Shown: positions 35,605 through 49,246, counted from the stretch's first letter. The stretch is DNA of 64,000 bases from Lophium mytilinum (GCA_010093605.1 MU004190.1:1633599-1697598); one strand, 5' to 3'. The notes: generated by a model from the sequence alone, not told the origin. Numbers and translations are program-made.

Positions 35605-38600
35605 TCATTCCGCCTTCCGCCCCTCCACCTCCTGCGGCATATCCTTACTCCCCTTAATCTTCCTCGTATTCTTCGGCACCCGCACCACCCAATACAACGC
35701 AATCGCCGCAAAAACATTAAAAACAATAAACACCCACATAATCCCGAAATCCCTCCACCTGGTACTATACTTCGACGACACCTGCGCAAGATACTGGTTC
35801 GTGCTCGTAATCGCGCAAAACCCGCAATCCGTCGTCGCATTCGGATCCTCCAGCTTCCCACCGAAGCTCGCCATGTACGTCTCCATGTACTTGCCGCACG
35901 TCTGCCCCACGGCGGGCTGGAACCGCGCGAGCTCGATCGCGGAGCACTGCACGGTGGTGTTTGCAAGCCCTGTGGACATCATGGCCGAGATGAGGTACGT
36001 GAAAGGGGACACGCGGTACATGAAGATCCAGAAGCCGGGGAGCTGCTGCGGGGTCGCGAGCACGCCGCAGAACATTAGCGTGAGGGAGAAGAGGAGCGTG
36101 GAGAGGGTGCCGGCGGCTTCGACCATTTCCATGCCGGCGATCATCATGTGCGTGAAGGTGGATGTGAAGAGGAGGAAGGTGAGGATGAGGAGGAACATGA
36201 GGAAGCCGCGCTCGTGGACGGCGTTGGTGGGTTCGGCGTTTTTGTACATTCCGATTGGGTAGTACCAGCAGAAGAACATGATGACGGCCATCAGGGCGTT
36301 CCAGGGGAGTTCGACGAATATGTTGGAGAGGATGAAGGTCTGCCAGGAGTAGGTCTTGGATGGGCGCTCGCGCACTTCGTAGAGGGCGCGCTGGGTGACG
36401 AATTGCGGCATGATTTGCTGGTTGAGGTTGCCGAAGACGATCATGAGCATGAAGATGGAGAACATTTGGTTTTGGAGGCCTTGCATAGAGGTCTTTTCGT
36501 TCCAGAAGGAAAAGCCGATGAAGAGGGCCTAGGGGGTGGCTCAGTAAGTTTTTCTTGGTGGAATAGAGGTGGGTCAAGACTTACAGGTAAGGTGCAGAGT
36601 ACGACTTTTGACCATAGGTAGGACGGGGTTCTCCAGTACTGCTCAAAGCAACGTCGCGTCACCAAAAGGCTCTGGTAACCGAAAGACTGGGCGAACGTTT
36701 GGTGCGCATCGGCCGACGACTGATCGATTTGAGACGTCTTGGGTAGGTCCACGACCATCTGATCTAGTTGCCGCCGGATTTCTCGCCGCTCTTCACTTTC
36801 GCGCCATAGCTGGGGCCAATCTTGGTCGCTCTTGGAGCCTGGGGCTGCGCCAATTACTTCTAACATATACCTGAAGACATCGGTGGTCAGTAAATCGAGG
36901 TCCCAAAATCGCGGTGGGAAGAAACTTCACTTACTCGGCAGGATTAGCCTCCGGTGGACACTTGAGGTCGCTCCTCCGTTCGAAATAATCGATCAGCGTC
37001 TGTGAGTTGTCCCCAATGTCTCCGAAGTACACCGTTCGTCCTCCCTTCGCCAGCAGCAATAGCCGATCGAAGCTTTGAAACAAGACCGCCGACGGCTGGT
37101 GAATTGTGCATAGAATCGCTTGGCCATTTTCAGCGAGTTTGCGAAGCAAGGCGCAGATAGACCACGCAGTCTGACTATCGAGGCCGGAAGTGGGTTCATC
37201 GAGGAAAAGAAGGAGCTGCGGCTTTGCTGCGAGTTCGACACCGATGGTGAGCCTTTTACGCTGTTCCACGTTGAGCCCTGTGGGCCCAAGTCAGCGAAGA
37301 TCAAGATCATGTCGTACAAGAAAGCCCGTACCTTCACCAGGAACGCCGACGACAGCGTCAGAGTACTCTTGCATTTCGAGGAGTTTGATCACCTGATCAA
37401 CATAGTCGAGCTTCTCCTGCTTGCTAACGTGTTGAGGTTGTCGCAAAAGAGCGCTGAAATTCAGAGCTTCTCTAACCGTAGAGGTTTGGAGGTGTAGATC
37501 TTGCTGCTGAACATAACCTGTTTTGCGCTGGAACGACTCGTCGCGGAGATGCCCGTCGACGAGCATGTCTCCAGATACTACACCCATCGTCACTCGGCTG
37601 GCCAACGTATCAAGAAGCGTCGTTTTGCCAGCGCCAGAAGCTCCCTAACATCCTATTAGCCCCGAAACCGCATCACAGGTGTAGATATTGACTTACCATG
37701 AGTGCAGTCAAAGTACCCGGCTTCACCCAGCCATCCACGTGATCCAGTAGTCGTCTAGGCTGGCCCTTGATTTTGATGTCATAAACCAAGTCTTTCCAAT
37801 GGAAAACAGCTGTCTGTTTCTGTATCACGATCTCTTCCGAATCGCCCGCGTCTGTGATTGCAGCCGCAACGTTATCAGCGCCCGAAGCCGCACCGCTCTC
37901 CTCATCGTCTTGCGTTATCATAGACGTCGGGATATGTCCGCGTTTGAAGACAAGGATCTCCCCCTTTGATCGCTCGGCAGAGACGTATTCGGTTCCGAAC
38001 AAGTACGTGGCGAAAAAGAATAGGAAGAATGCAATAAGAATGCCGAGGTTTCTAGTGTGAGGGTCAGAAATTTGCGCTTGAATTGACCGTTGAAGAAGAA
38101 AGTGAATACCTCCAAAGATGTGCTTCTTCGTACTTAAATGCTGTCTTCAGGTAGTCATTGCCCTCTACGAATTCGGCTCCTACTTGCTTCCCAACTGCGG
38201 TGCAAGTCCTATGTACGCCAGTAGCATTTTCGTATCCTGGCCCTGCAGGGACATATGTCAAGCAAGGGAACTGGCGGTTGCGGAATTCGTTGATCATCAG
38301 ACTTTCGAAGGCATAGCCGATCGGGCTAGTAGCAACGTTAGCAAAAGACGTTACAGTGAAGTGGGGGTATAGGCCTACTCTATGTAGTTTATCCAGCGAA
38401 ACCAAGGATGCATCCCCGAAATAGGAATAGCGAACCCCGTATAGATCGTCAACGCGAGAATTGCAAAAGAAGCTGGCACCATAGCCTGTGAGAGGGTTCG
38501 CGTGAAGGAAGCGATGGTCCTGAAAATGTTTGACATGGTAAGTGTCATGATGAACGAAAAGATGAAGAATGTGAAGAAGGCCCCAACTTCGCGGCGGAGG

Positions 38601-40673
38601 TCGGCCATGAAGTACACTGTGAGGTTCAAACTGATGGCTACAAGAATCTTTGAGGGAAGCTCGGTGAGCATGGACGCGAAAGCTTCGGTGAACGGGTGGT
38701 AAAATGCGTATCGAGAGTGCTTTTCAACAATGGATCTTTGAATGTAGAGTGAGAGGATCTAAAAGCAGTCAGTATTCTCGGACGAATGTCTAGCAGCGAT
38801 CGATGCAAATCTTACTTCGGTGGAGCTACTCAAAGCATTAAGCAAGATTGTGAAGAACAGAAGTGCACCTCGACTGTAGAAGCTGGACGCATCCTTGGGA
38901 ATGTTGTAGTAGATTGAGCCGAGAATAATGCCCAAAATCCAATTGCCGAGAACTGTTACGAAGAAGATTTCTTTGTCGCCGTTTAATCGCTGAATTCCGC
39001 GATCAAAGCAGAGTTTGATCTGCATAGGCACCGAGATGGTGTAAGGAGATTTTACCCGCCTGAAACGTTAGCATTCAAAGGCCCCTTCTCGGGGCTTGAC
39101 GCTTACATAAATCTCGCCTGCTGCGACCTTCTCGCTTCTTCGAACTGCTCAAGTTGCTCTCCACCAATCTTGTATTCTTGCTCGAACGCATGTATCTCCT
39201 CCAACAGCCTCGCATGATCGGCACTCTTTTTCCACGCGGCGGCAAATTCGTCGGGTGTTCGGGGGACTCTTGACTCGAAACCCGCTTCGACGATGCGTTC
39301 TGATGCACTCGTGATAGACGTCAAAAAGTCGGCGGTCGTCTGCCTTTCCGGACAAGAGAAGCCCATGTCGATGAAGTATTTCTTCGCATCATTGATGTGG
39401 CCGAAATAGATTTGTCGCCCTTCATAGAGAAGTGTGACTTTGTCGAAGACCTATCCAACCAATGATTAGGCCGGTAGATGACGACGGGCTTAGAATGGAA
39501 CTCACATCATAAGCGCTCTGAGAGGCCTGGTATATCGCCACCACCGCGCTAGTACCCGTGACATTCGACTGCACCCTCAGAGTCTTGACAAACTCGAGGG
39601 CAGTTGCACTGTCGAGGCCTCTCGTACTGTTGTCCCAGCACTGTATGGTGCACTCGCTTAAGAACGCCTCGGCAATACTTACCCGCTTTCTCTCACCTCC
39701 ACTGACTCCTCTGATATAGTCATTACCGACCTTCGTATTGACGGTATGACTGAGTCCGAAGAGAGCCATGACGACATCGCGTAAATGATGTGCATGTTGC
39801 TCGCGCGATACTCCGTCGATCCGGTTACGCGGTATTCTTGCTTTTGCGGCGAATGCGAGAGTCTGGCCCACGGTGAGGTTGGGGAAGTGGATTTCGGTTT
39901 CAGCGTTGTAGATTGTTTCGCCGCGAAACTGGCCGTGCATTTTCTCCATTGGAATTCCTACGAGTTGCACGCATGGGTAAGCAGAAAGTTACCCAGGCGA
40001 TGAGTGAAATCAATACCTTGGTAATTCAAGACCGATTCAGAGTCAACGTAATATCCATTGATGTCGCCAGCAAGCGTCTTGAGCAAGGTAGTGCAGCCGC
40101 TAGGAAGAGTCAGTCCTAGTCTGAAAGGAATGTCTTCCGTTTGAAGTACCTTCCGGGTCTGCCCAACACCACCAACATTTCTCCCGGCTTCACTAGCCCA
40201 TCGAAGTTCCTGAGGATATCGATCCTCCTCTTCTGCCCCTTCCCTACCATCTTCTGGAAGAGGTTTTGGCTCTCCAACAAGACATTGAAGAAGTCCTTCT
40301 GATAGTCGGTCGGCAATCCGAAACCATACGCGCTAAGATTCCGGAATGAGACGCCGATGTTCTTCCTTGGCACTTCTCCTTGTTGCTTGATGGCCAAGTT
40401 AATGAGGGTCTGAAGCCACAGCTTAAGACTGAACTTCTCCGACGTAGGGTCTAGACAGGGGTCGTTCGTTCCTAGGAAGGGATTCTCTGGGTCTGAAGTG
40501 TATCTCGCTGCCGTTGAAACGCTGGTCATGTGCCTCGCAAGCTCGTGGAGATGCGCTTCATCTTTACGGTCTATTCCCAGATCGGAATGTGAGGATTGAG
40601 CCGAAGGACTTTCTTCGATCTCGTTAGATACCTTTTCGTCTTTCATGTCGGTCAATGTTTGGGCGTCGTCCAT
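35605..40673 (-). CDS. Full-size PDR-family (ABCG) ABC transporter, multi-exon
   Basis: NBD1 [34 protein letters not shown]2 [34 protein letters not shown]; two TMDs; about 9 GT-AG introns. Start assumed at MDDAQ (40673). Confidence 0.95.
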
Positions 40674-41507
40674 GGTTTCCACTCGCTGAGGTGTTGTAAT
40701 TATAGTATCTTCAGGAGGCTGAAGGTCCAAGGGAGGGCTGGTGGCCCGGTTGGGTAGGTAAAGAAAATTTGCAAATGACGATGGAAAGGCCATGCACTTT
40801 CCTATCGTAGGCCGACAAAGAAGTAAAAGCGGTTGAAGGGGAATAGAAGAGAACAGCTCGCTAGAAGTAAAGAAGGACGCAAGCAAACGGAGCGGTACGG
40901 ATCTCACTTACTGCCGCACGGAAAGTATAGAGGGGCAAATCACGGGGTGTATACTGCCAGATGTTACTCTCGAAACAAGTAACTCGGCCATCATGTGGTC
41001 TCGGTGCCGGTTGTTAGCAGGCACGCAGTATACGTCAGGCGCTGAGCCATATTGATGTTTATTTCAGCCTTCGGAATATCTCCGCATGGAGGTTGCGGAA
41101 GCCTAGCGATCCGCCCTGGTATCCCGCAGGTAGACTTTCAGCACGAGTCATTTGTGTTTTGACGCTCTCCATACTTGACGATAGTAGACAGACACAAGTG
41201 GTGGCCAATCAAGTTGAGGTTGAAAAAAGCGGGACAGAGATCGGAGCGAAAATTAGTTCGGGCCCGCAACGCCAGCCGAGCCTGATCCCTGACGGCGCAT
41301 AAATACCATCTTCGGCTAGACTCCTGGAATGGAGCCCCTACAATCGCCCGCTTACTGAGGTCTAAGTGGAGACTGATATGAACTCAAACCCTTTAAAGTG
41401 GAGATTGCGCGCTTAATGCAGAGTAGACTCGGTACCTTTCCACGAAAACAGCATCTTCACGCAGCTGCTTATAATTGAAACTCGTGGAGGCTATTAAAGA
41501 ACCGCTT

Positions 41508-43337
41508 TTATCGAATATTGATAGGTGAAAATAAGACATCGTCGAGTAGAACGTCATCGTTGGTATCCACATACGAGTGCGACGAGAACTGACCCTGGGT
41601 GTTGAAGTCGGAGCATGAATTTGCCGCAACCGTTGTGGGGATATTGAGTTCTGCACCAGCCAGGTTGACGCCTTCATCCACTGAGGATAAGCTGGATCGC
41701 AGCCGTGGGTCAACCACGCATCTCGGGCCTTCACTCACCGAGCTCTCGAGAATCATGGCATAAGATACGGGATCTACTACCCGAGCTTCAGGGGCTGACA
41801 GATATAACTTCGCGATCTGATAAAGTTCTCGGAATATCCATAGGGTCCCGGTGGCGAACTGGAGGCGACCTTGTGCCACTAGGTGGCCAAAAAGCGATGT
41901 GACCGATGATATCAAGTTCAGGTCGGACTGTGCGAAAGGTTCATCCGGGTACTGTAGTATATTGGCGAAGAGGGCCAATGAAGCACCAAGAGGTTGGGAT
42001 ACGCTCATCCTGCACAAGTTTGTTGATTAGATGTGACTTGGAAGGGAAAGGCAAAAACTCACCAAAACATCGGTGGTGCAGGGGATTGCTTGAAATGATC
42101 AAGCAGGTTTATGGCATCTCTAGTAGCGATAACGCAAATTGACTCGCTGTCATATACACGCGGGTTCAACCCAAGGTCGTGCTTGACCAGTTCTCGCTCT
42201 TCAGCTAGCTCACTCCAACGTCCGTAGTGAATAGAAGCGCGATGAATAGTATTGAGGCAGTTGTAGTACGAATAGTGCAAAGCTAGGACGGGTAGAAATT
42301 GCTGCTTGTCGCAGTTATCGCATGTTTTGGGCGTACGTGTATTGGAATTTCCGTTCGCCATTTCTGGAGCTCGGCATCTAACGTGCCAATCGCCTTGAGC
42401 TTCTGCAGAGCTGGTGTGGAGCGAGCTCTTGCAGAATAGAGTTCGCTGTATACCCGGCTCTCTATCATGGCTAGTTTGGCGGCATAGACGAAAGTGTAAA
42501 AATGAGGCAAGCCACTCGGCATCATAAGGGGGGCGTTCATCGATTTCGGTAGAGCGACACCGATATCCTGGTCGTGCATGACGGGCGGTCGTCCGGCGTG
42601 AAGGGCTATGTCTTTGTCTAGAATATAAAGCATCCAGGAAACGTTCCATCGTTCATCCAGTTGCCGTTCCGAAAGACCGCAATCGTCTAACCAACGGTTC
42701 AAACCAATAGCGTGTGATATGCGTGCTGCCATGGCCACTAAGGTTTCAATTGATAGAGGATTCGAGCTACCTTGGAGCATGAGAAGAGAAAAGCACACAC
42801 CAACAAACTGAAAACTGGTATCTCCATTGACGACGAACGAGTGGGTGTCGAATTTCTCGGCTTGGGCCTCGAATGTGGTTGTTGATGCAGTGTTAAGCTT
42901 GCTTGAGTTTTCAGAGCTTGCTATCGCCGCTGTGATGACTGACTCCATCTGTCGAATACGGTCTTCCATCGCTTCTGTATGCACTTTCCTACCCACCGTT
43001 AGGTAATAGGTGCGAAAATCTCGAGAAAGTGTCTTCTCACCTTCTCATTTTCGGCTTACGGGGAACGATCGAGCGAACGCACTCTACGTTCCGAGACGCA
43101 CATTGCGAGCATTGCGTCTCTAGTGTTAGTCTTTCACATTTTATCTAGTATTCTTAGTGACTGGAAAGTTTAAAGCTGGAAATCTCAAGATGTACACACC
43201 TTGAGGCGTCGGCAAAAGTCACAAGAAGGTGCTTTGATGCGCCCACACTTCAGCGGAGTGAATTCAGATGGAAGAGTCTGGCTAATCGGGGATGAGTTTG
43301 GCGAATGGTTAATTGCCCGTTCGCTTGAAGACTCCAT
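41508..43337 (-). pseudogene. Zn(II)2Cys6 transcription factor with Fungal_trans domain, apparently damaged
   Basis: CDFCRRLK/IKC...CSQCASRNVEC split by an intron; ARISHAIGLNR...WMLYILDKDIAL..GRPP. Frameshift near 42320 and apparent loss of the middle region near 42790. Confidence 0.7.
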
Positions 43338-43864
43338 GCCTCGGTTTCGTCTCAGATGCGCTGAGTTCGACCGGAATTGCAGCCGATGCGGCTAATCCGG
43401 GTTGACCGTGGTCACGAAACAGGTGATCTCTACCCAGTACAAGCTCGCTAAGACTCAGATGGATAGCCTCTAAACTGTTGTGGGTGGAAACGAGTGAAAT
43501 TGAGATGAGCGGATGTGCCGGGGAAAGCCAATCGGATGCGATGGTCGGGCTTTATGGGACGCAGTCACGTGCGGAACATACCATGGCCCATTAGAGCGAT
43601 GGATATCAGCCCCGGAAAATTCACTTGGATCTTTCTCCACAAGCTCTACCTCCGTGTCGCGACAGAGATATCAGACTCAAGGTGAAATGGTTTCCTGGAC
43701 TTATAGCGTCAAAGACGCGTCCGAGGCGCTATACCTAATATTGACATCACGTAATATCTGGAGCTCTACCGCGATTTCTGTAGATGGAGTGAATTTGAGA
43801 CCAATTACAGTCCAGTCTAGTCCAGTTCCATCACTGGAGTCTACACGGGATCGACCTTACTTAT

Positions 43865-44900
43865 AAACTTCTAAGAGTCTTCTGGCTATATAGCCTTAGG
43901 AGACTGAGATGTTTAAAGATCTCTATGTGTTGCGAAGTAGATGCACGGGATTAACCTTATTCTTGAACCTTCGAAAGTCTTCTAACCCTACGATATCGAA
44001 GGAACATGCAATGTGAGGATCTATAGGCTGTATAGGCTGGAATCTGCCGTGTAATATCAGCCTCGTTCTCAATTCTTTAAGAGCCTCATAGCCGTACCAT
44101 CTCGAGAGATGGAGTCATGTAAAGATCTGTGTCGTATGAAATTAGCCGTATGGATTTGGCCTGATTCATGGACCTTTAAGAGTCTCCCAGCTATATAATC
44201 ACGAGGTAGGAAGCAATGTGACACTCTAGGTGTTTCATATCTGCCGCAAGTAATTGGTGACGGACCGACGCTTTGAAAAGCCTCCCGGGCATATTAGCTT
44301 CAAGAAGCGGCAATGTATTCGTGTACGCCGTTTGAATCTGCCCCATGTAACTTGTAGTATACCCACACCTCTAAGGTCCTCCTAGGCGTGTTAAATTTAA
44401 GGAGCGGGTAATCTAACTCTTTTAACGTCTTGTATCTGCTGTAAGGAATTTTAATTCATCTACACCTCTAAAAGCCTCCTGAACGTGTTAACGTTAAGAA
44501 GCGAGTGATGTAATACTCTACGCCTCTTGGATCTGCAGCACGGAATTTGCAATATATTTGCGTTTTGATAGTCTCCCGGGCGTATTAGCTTCATAAGGCG
44601 TTAACGTAATTATATACGCGTTACAAGTTTATTGTGCGTATTTATTAGCGCATTAGAACCACTAAGAGCCTCCTGAATTTATCAGAATCGATTAGCGAGC
44701 AATGTCATCCTTTACACGTTTCAAATTTGCCGCACCGCATTAGTGAGATAAATACGTTTTTAAGGAATCCCCAGGAGTATTCACTTGAAGGAGAACCAAT
44801 GTTAAGCTCTACGAGCTTTGGGCTAAGACCTAGGAGTTGCTGCTACGCCCGTACTTTGAAAGGCCCTGGGACGTATGATTTTCAAGGAGTAAACAGAGTT
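43865..44900. repeat. Degenerate tandem repeat, ~97-100-bp period, ~11 copies
   Basis: Anchor ctYtaaRagYctc recurs at about 43873, 43973, 44079, 44178, 44276, 44373, 44470, 44567, 44664, 44762, 44858. Confidence 0.75.
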
Positions 44901-46534
44901 GACATGCGTGCCATTAGAACTAGCCCCGCCCTCCAACACTAGCTCTATGTTGGAGAATTTGTGACTATACGGGCGTAGAATTTCAGAGAATCGGGTCTTG
45001 GAATTACACATGCGTTGTGACTTAACCCCTCCGAGCTGATTGTATGTGGAAGAGTCCTGCGAACAACCTTTCGAACCCGGAGTAAAGAGGTAGCATATAA
45101 GATAAGTACGCAAGGAAGTTTCACTGCTCTGGTGGGCCACGTACTTGCTCGTTGATACCAAAAAGAGTCCTATAGCTTGCACTGCGCAGACTTTACCCTT
45201 ATATTTGGACTCTCAAATGTCTATCGGGACACACCCCGAGCAGATCCAAGGACTGTCTTCTAGAACAGTCCGAGCGCACAATTGGTCCGGGCGGGACAAA
45301 GAAATCCTGGGGAATCTGGGGTAACACAACAGTGTGGAGGCGGGGTTGGGCGTGAAGTTTTGTTCTCGGCTCCGCATTTTCACCCTCGGTTGATTTCAAG
45401 TTGATCATCCTTAGAAAACACCCAATCCCCAGTTACTCTAACATCAGTCATCTCAATCATATGCATCCGTTACCTCTGCTTTTAACGCTGGTCTTGAAAA
45501 GAAGACCGTTTTCGGTCGTCCGAAACCAAAAGATTTGCCTCTCTTCATCGTAAGCAAGCATTTTGAATTCAACTAGAAAATTTATGCTAGCATGAGTGAG
45601 TCAAAGTAGTGTATCGTACTCCGTGTGATGACTATACACGAACACGGGACATCAAGATATCTCTACGTTCGGTCTCCATACATGATACGATCAGCAACTA
45701 AGCACTGTTCTTGACTATTTTCGGCTAATGCGGTATCGGGTTCTTCCCCGATCTGGCAGGCTTACTCAGCACCTTGAGTACACCATTTCTCCTAGGAGGT
45801 ACCACACAAAGCTGGCTTTCTCACTATCGTTACTTCAACAGTCTTTTGGTCCTAAATCAATCTACGTTCACTTTCCTTCTACTGTCGCGGAACAGTAGAA
45901 TACTTTCGATCTGACTATATATAAGTGGAGAGAGAGAGATATATGCCGGGCTAGAATATGTATATATCCCGCGCCGGAGCTCTCCAGCATGAATTAATCA
46001 GGCTTTGAACCTGATGTCGTACTGGATACACTCGGGGTTTGGAAGCCTGCTGCCACCCGGTCGGATCCTAAAGGAATCTCGTCTCGGAAAAAGTCCTAAA
46101 GGGGAACGATGACATGTTGCTGCGCAATGTTCTAGGACCAGGGTCTAGCCATTCCCCACTGAGACCCTTACCATCACACGATTGGTACTTTGTTGCCGGC
46201 TTTATAAAACGGAAGTATGGGATAGGTGACGTAACCTAGATACCCGCAGCTTCAATCCGGTTGCACGCAAATCGGGCGGATTTCGGTGTGTCTAAAGAGG
46301 AGAAAACTGCGTGTACAGGTCTGCTGTTCTCAATCGCCAGGATTACGGAACTATTGCCACTGGAAATATCGGTACTTCTCAGCGCTGGCCAGATTGCTTA
46401 AATTCGAGCCTGGTCGTTGTTTGATGCTTGATCTCCTGCACTCTGGTTCGGACAGAGATATATCATATTCGACTATCACTGAGGCTTCTCTTGTCACCCA
46501 ATCTGTTAAAAATCTTCCTAAACATTACGCTGAG

Positions 46535-47539
46535 ATGGCCATGGCACACATCAGTGCGGCATTTCTCGCCCTTTGCGCTCTCGCACCCTCCATGGTGCTG
46601 GCCCAGAATGCTCAAGTCAAGGTCGTGCTATCGGATACGTTCCGGACGCCTGCTCCCCCGAACGACGCCTTTGCGATGAACACCGACCATGTCATCGTCT
46701 CAACTGCCGTCATGGCCAGCATTGCTCTCTTCTTCATGGTCGTCGCCTACTTCGACGGCAAGAAGTTCAACGACACGATCCCGTTGGCCATCATCGTTGG
46801 ATCCGCATTCTGCGTCGTCCCAGAGGCGGTCGACAATTACCTCGGCGGCTGCTACTGGTCACAGTCCCACGACCCCAACATGCTCCTCTTCTTCCTCATG
46901 GGGCGCGAGTACGACGCGTACGTTGGCGTCATGTGGTGGGCTTTTGGCGCGATTCTTGGATACGTTCTGTACGCCATGCTCCTCCGTGAAGTCTCAAACA
47001 AGACGCTTTGGATCGGGCTGGCCCTCTCCGGCCTTGGCGACATCATCGTCGAGGAGGTTTTGCTCAACTACGGCGGCGTCTACATGTACTTTGGCCATCA
47101 GCCGCTGGTCCTGATCACAATGTTCCCCTTCTGGTGGCTCTTCTCCAACGTGTCCTCGCTCTTCCTCAGCATCTCCATTGCCTATCGCTACCGAGCGTGG
47201 CTCAACGGTTGGAGGAGCATCGCCATGTTCGCCCTCATGCCCTTCTGCTACATCGGCGGCTTCACGCTGTCGGCGATGCCGACCATCTTCGTCATCCAGG
47301 GTAATTTCTCGCCGCTTGTTACTCAGCTGGGCGGCCTCGCTACCGTGGCTGTGTCTTTGATCCAGACTTTTGCCATGTTCAACATCATCTTGGACCGCAA
47401 CCCTTTCGCTCTCTCGGAGTCTCCAAAGTCGGTTAAGCTGGCACTGAATGGTAACACCAATGGCTACGCTAACGGCCACACGAATGGCAAGGCGAACGGC
47501 TATACCAACGGTAACGCCAAGAAGGGGTCCAAGTTCTGA
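46535..47539 (+). CDS. Intronless polytopic membrane protein (signal peptide plus ~7 TM helices), function unknown
   Basis: Strong GC3 codon bias from MAMAHISAAF; repeated hydrophobic segments with embedded acidic residues (PEAVD, DIIVEE); NG-repeat tail. Confidence 0.85.
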   Translation: MAMAHISAAFLALCALAPSMVLAQNAQVKVVLSDTFRTPAPPNDAFAMNTDHVIVSTAVMASIALFFMVVAYFDGKKFNDTIPLAIIVGSAFCVVPEAVDNYLGGCYWSQSHDPNMLLFFLMGREYDAYVGVMWWAFGAILGYVLYAMLLREVSNKTLWIGLALSGLGDIIVEEVLLNYGGVYMYFGHQPLVLITMFPFWWLFSNVSSLFLSISIAYRYRAWLNGWRSIAMFALMPFCYIGGFTLSAMPTIFVIQGNFSPLVTQLGGLATVAVSLIQTFAMFNIILDRNPFALSESPKSVKLALNGNTNGYANGHTNGKANGYTNGNAKKGSKF

Positions 47540-48012
47540 GCGGATGCGCATAATCTAGACGTTAGCTAGCTTAGTACTTTTGCAAAGCACGTAACGCCGA
47601 GATCAAAGGGGTACCAAACTTCCTAAACGTGAATATGGCGAGCAATGAATACAATTCCTTCCGTCTTTCGTTTTGACAAGCTTGGTTTATTTAAGTCGCG
47701 CAAGAGTAATGAAATAATTGTGCAAGAAATGATGATTTGTTAAGTTCTAGTTGAGTAGTGTTGATCATACCACATTGACTCCTCCAAATTGGTCCGGTGT
47801 CCATTTGTCTCGTGGTCATGCATTTTGAATATACGAGAAGTGTGCATAATTCTGATTCTTGTACGCTTCTTAAAACGTCATAAGTTCTGTCGTGAGAGTG
47901 TATGCACACAGATGCGCTGGAGAAAGAAACGGAGTAGATGGATTCGGGTGAACATCACGTGTTCCGAGATATCCAACCACTATCAAGTTGTGTCGATATA
48001 GCTCTGTCAGTC

Positions 48013-49246
48013 TTAGTGCGTTGAACTTCTAACAGGAATCTTACACAACACACTTAGCTCTGCATAGCGTACGATGAACACTACTGAATGACTAGGTATG
48101 TGACGCAGTTTCACCAATGCTTCGCGACCTTCAATCCGAGCAGAGGCCCGTTTCCAATAGTAGCTTAACGAGAACCGTTCTCTCCAATCTCTTGCGCGTA
48201 GCAGTGAAGTTCTGCCCCAGTTGTCTTTGGCGTTGATATCTATATCTGTTTTACCATAATTTAGCAGAAGTTTGACAGTAGCTAAGCGTCCTCTTTCGGC
48301 GGCCCGAAATAGCGGCGTCTGATTTTGATGGTCCCGGCAGTCAAGATGAACTTTCCCTGTGTCCAACAAGACTTGGATGACAGGTGTGTGCCCTCTCTCG
48401 GCTGCGTATGACAGTGGTGTCCGGCCGAAACCGTTATCGGAATTGATGTCAACCTTTCCCGTTCCTATCAGTAGTCTAACCACAGATACTTGGCCAGATT
48501 CCGAGGCTAAGAAATGCGGTGTTTGGCCAACACTGTTCTTGGAGTCGAGTCTAACGCCGCCTCTCTCGAGTAATAGTCTCATCACTGAGTCAGACCCATG
48601 GACAGCTGGCCATTCAAGTACTGCTTGTCCGCTCCCCGTATCATTATCCCATCGAATCAAATCAAGCGCCCCGGCTGATATTAGTCGAACTGCCACGGGA
48701 ACCCCTTCTTTTAACGTCGTGTACATCATCGGTGTCCGTCCAGTATTATCCTTTGCGTGAACGTCCGCTTTGCCCATTTGCAATAGTAGATCAACCACAG
48801 CAGCGTGCCCATATTGGATTGCCCAATGCAGCGGCGTCTTGCCACGCTCGTCCGCTGCATTGACATCGAACTTGCCTGTTGCGAGTAAGAGCTCAACAAT
48901 GGCTTCGTTCCCGCCGCGAGCAGCGAAAGGTCACTATCCCGGGTGTTGTTCATTTCTAGAATCAACATTGACCTTGCCATTTGCCAAAAGTAGCTTAAGG
49001 ACTTCTGTACTCCCCTTTTCAATAGCGCAAGACAGCGGTGTCTGGTTGGTTATGTCCTTTGCGTGAACATCAGCCTTGCCGGTTGCCAGAAGTAGCTCAA
49101 CGACGAGTATGTGCCCTCCCCTGACAGCAGCTAGCAGCGGCGTCTGGCGCGAATGATCCTTTGAGTCGACAGCAATCTTTCTAGTGGCAAGCAACAGCTG
49201 AACTACGCCGTCGTGCCCTTTTTCAGCTGCCCGCAATAGAGGCGAT
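48013..49246 (-). pseudogene. Ankyrin-repeat protein, 3' remnant with frameshifts, truncated by the TE block
   Basis: Repeated TPL..AA..GH..VV.LLL.TGK.D motifs over three frames; upstream sequence is replaced by the AT-rich block at ~49247. Confidence 0.85.

Noticed and set aside
35428..36621. Long ORFs antisense or out of frame to the ABC transporter's last exon
   Set aside because: Shadow ORFs caused by high GC3 in the real gene.
40674..40907. N-terminal extension of the ABC transporter in the ORF track
   Set aside because: Starts at a non-ATG codon and reads like 5' UTR/promoter; MDDAQ has a good accATG context.
43865..44900. Decayed ankyrin-repeat gene (33 aa = 99 bp; one copy reads TPLGSAAR)
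   Set aside because: Modal spacing is 97 bp, not a multiple of three, and no consistent frame is seen.
46286..46534. N-terminal extension of the membrane protein ORF
   Set aside because: GTG start and no codon bias; the signal peptide begins at 46535/46541.
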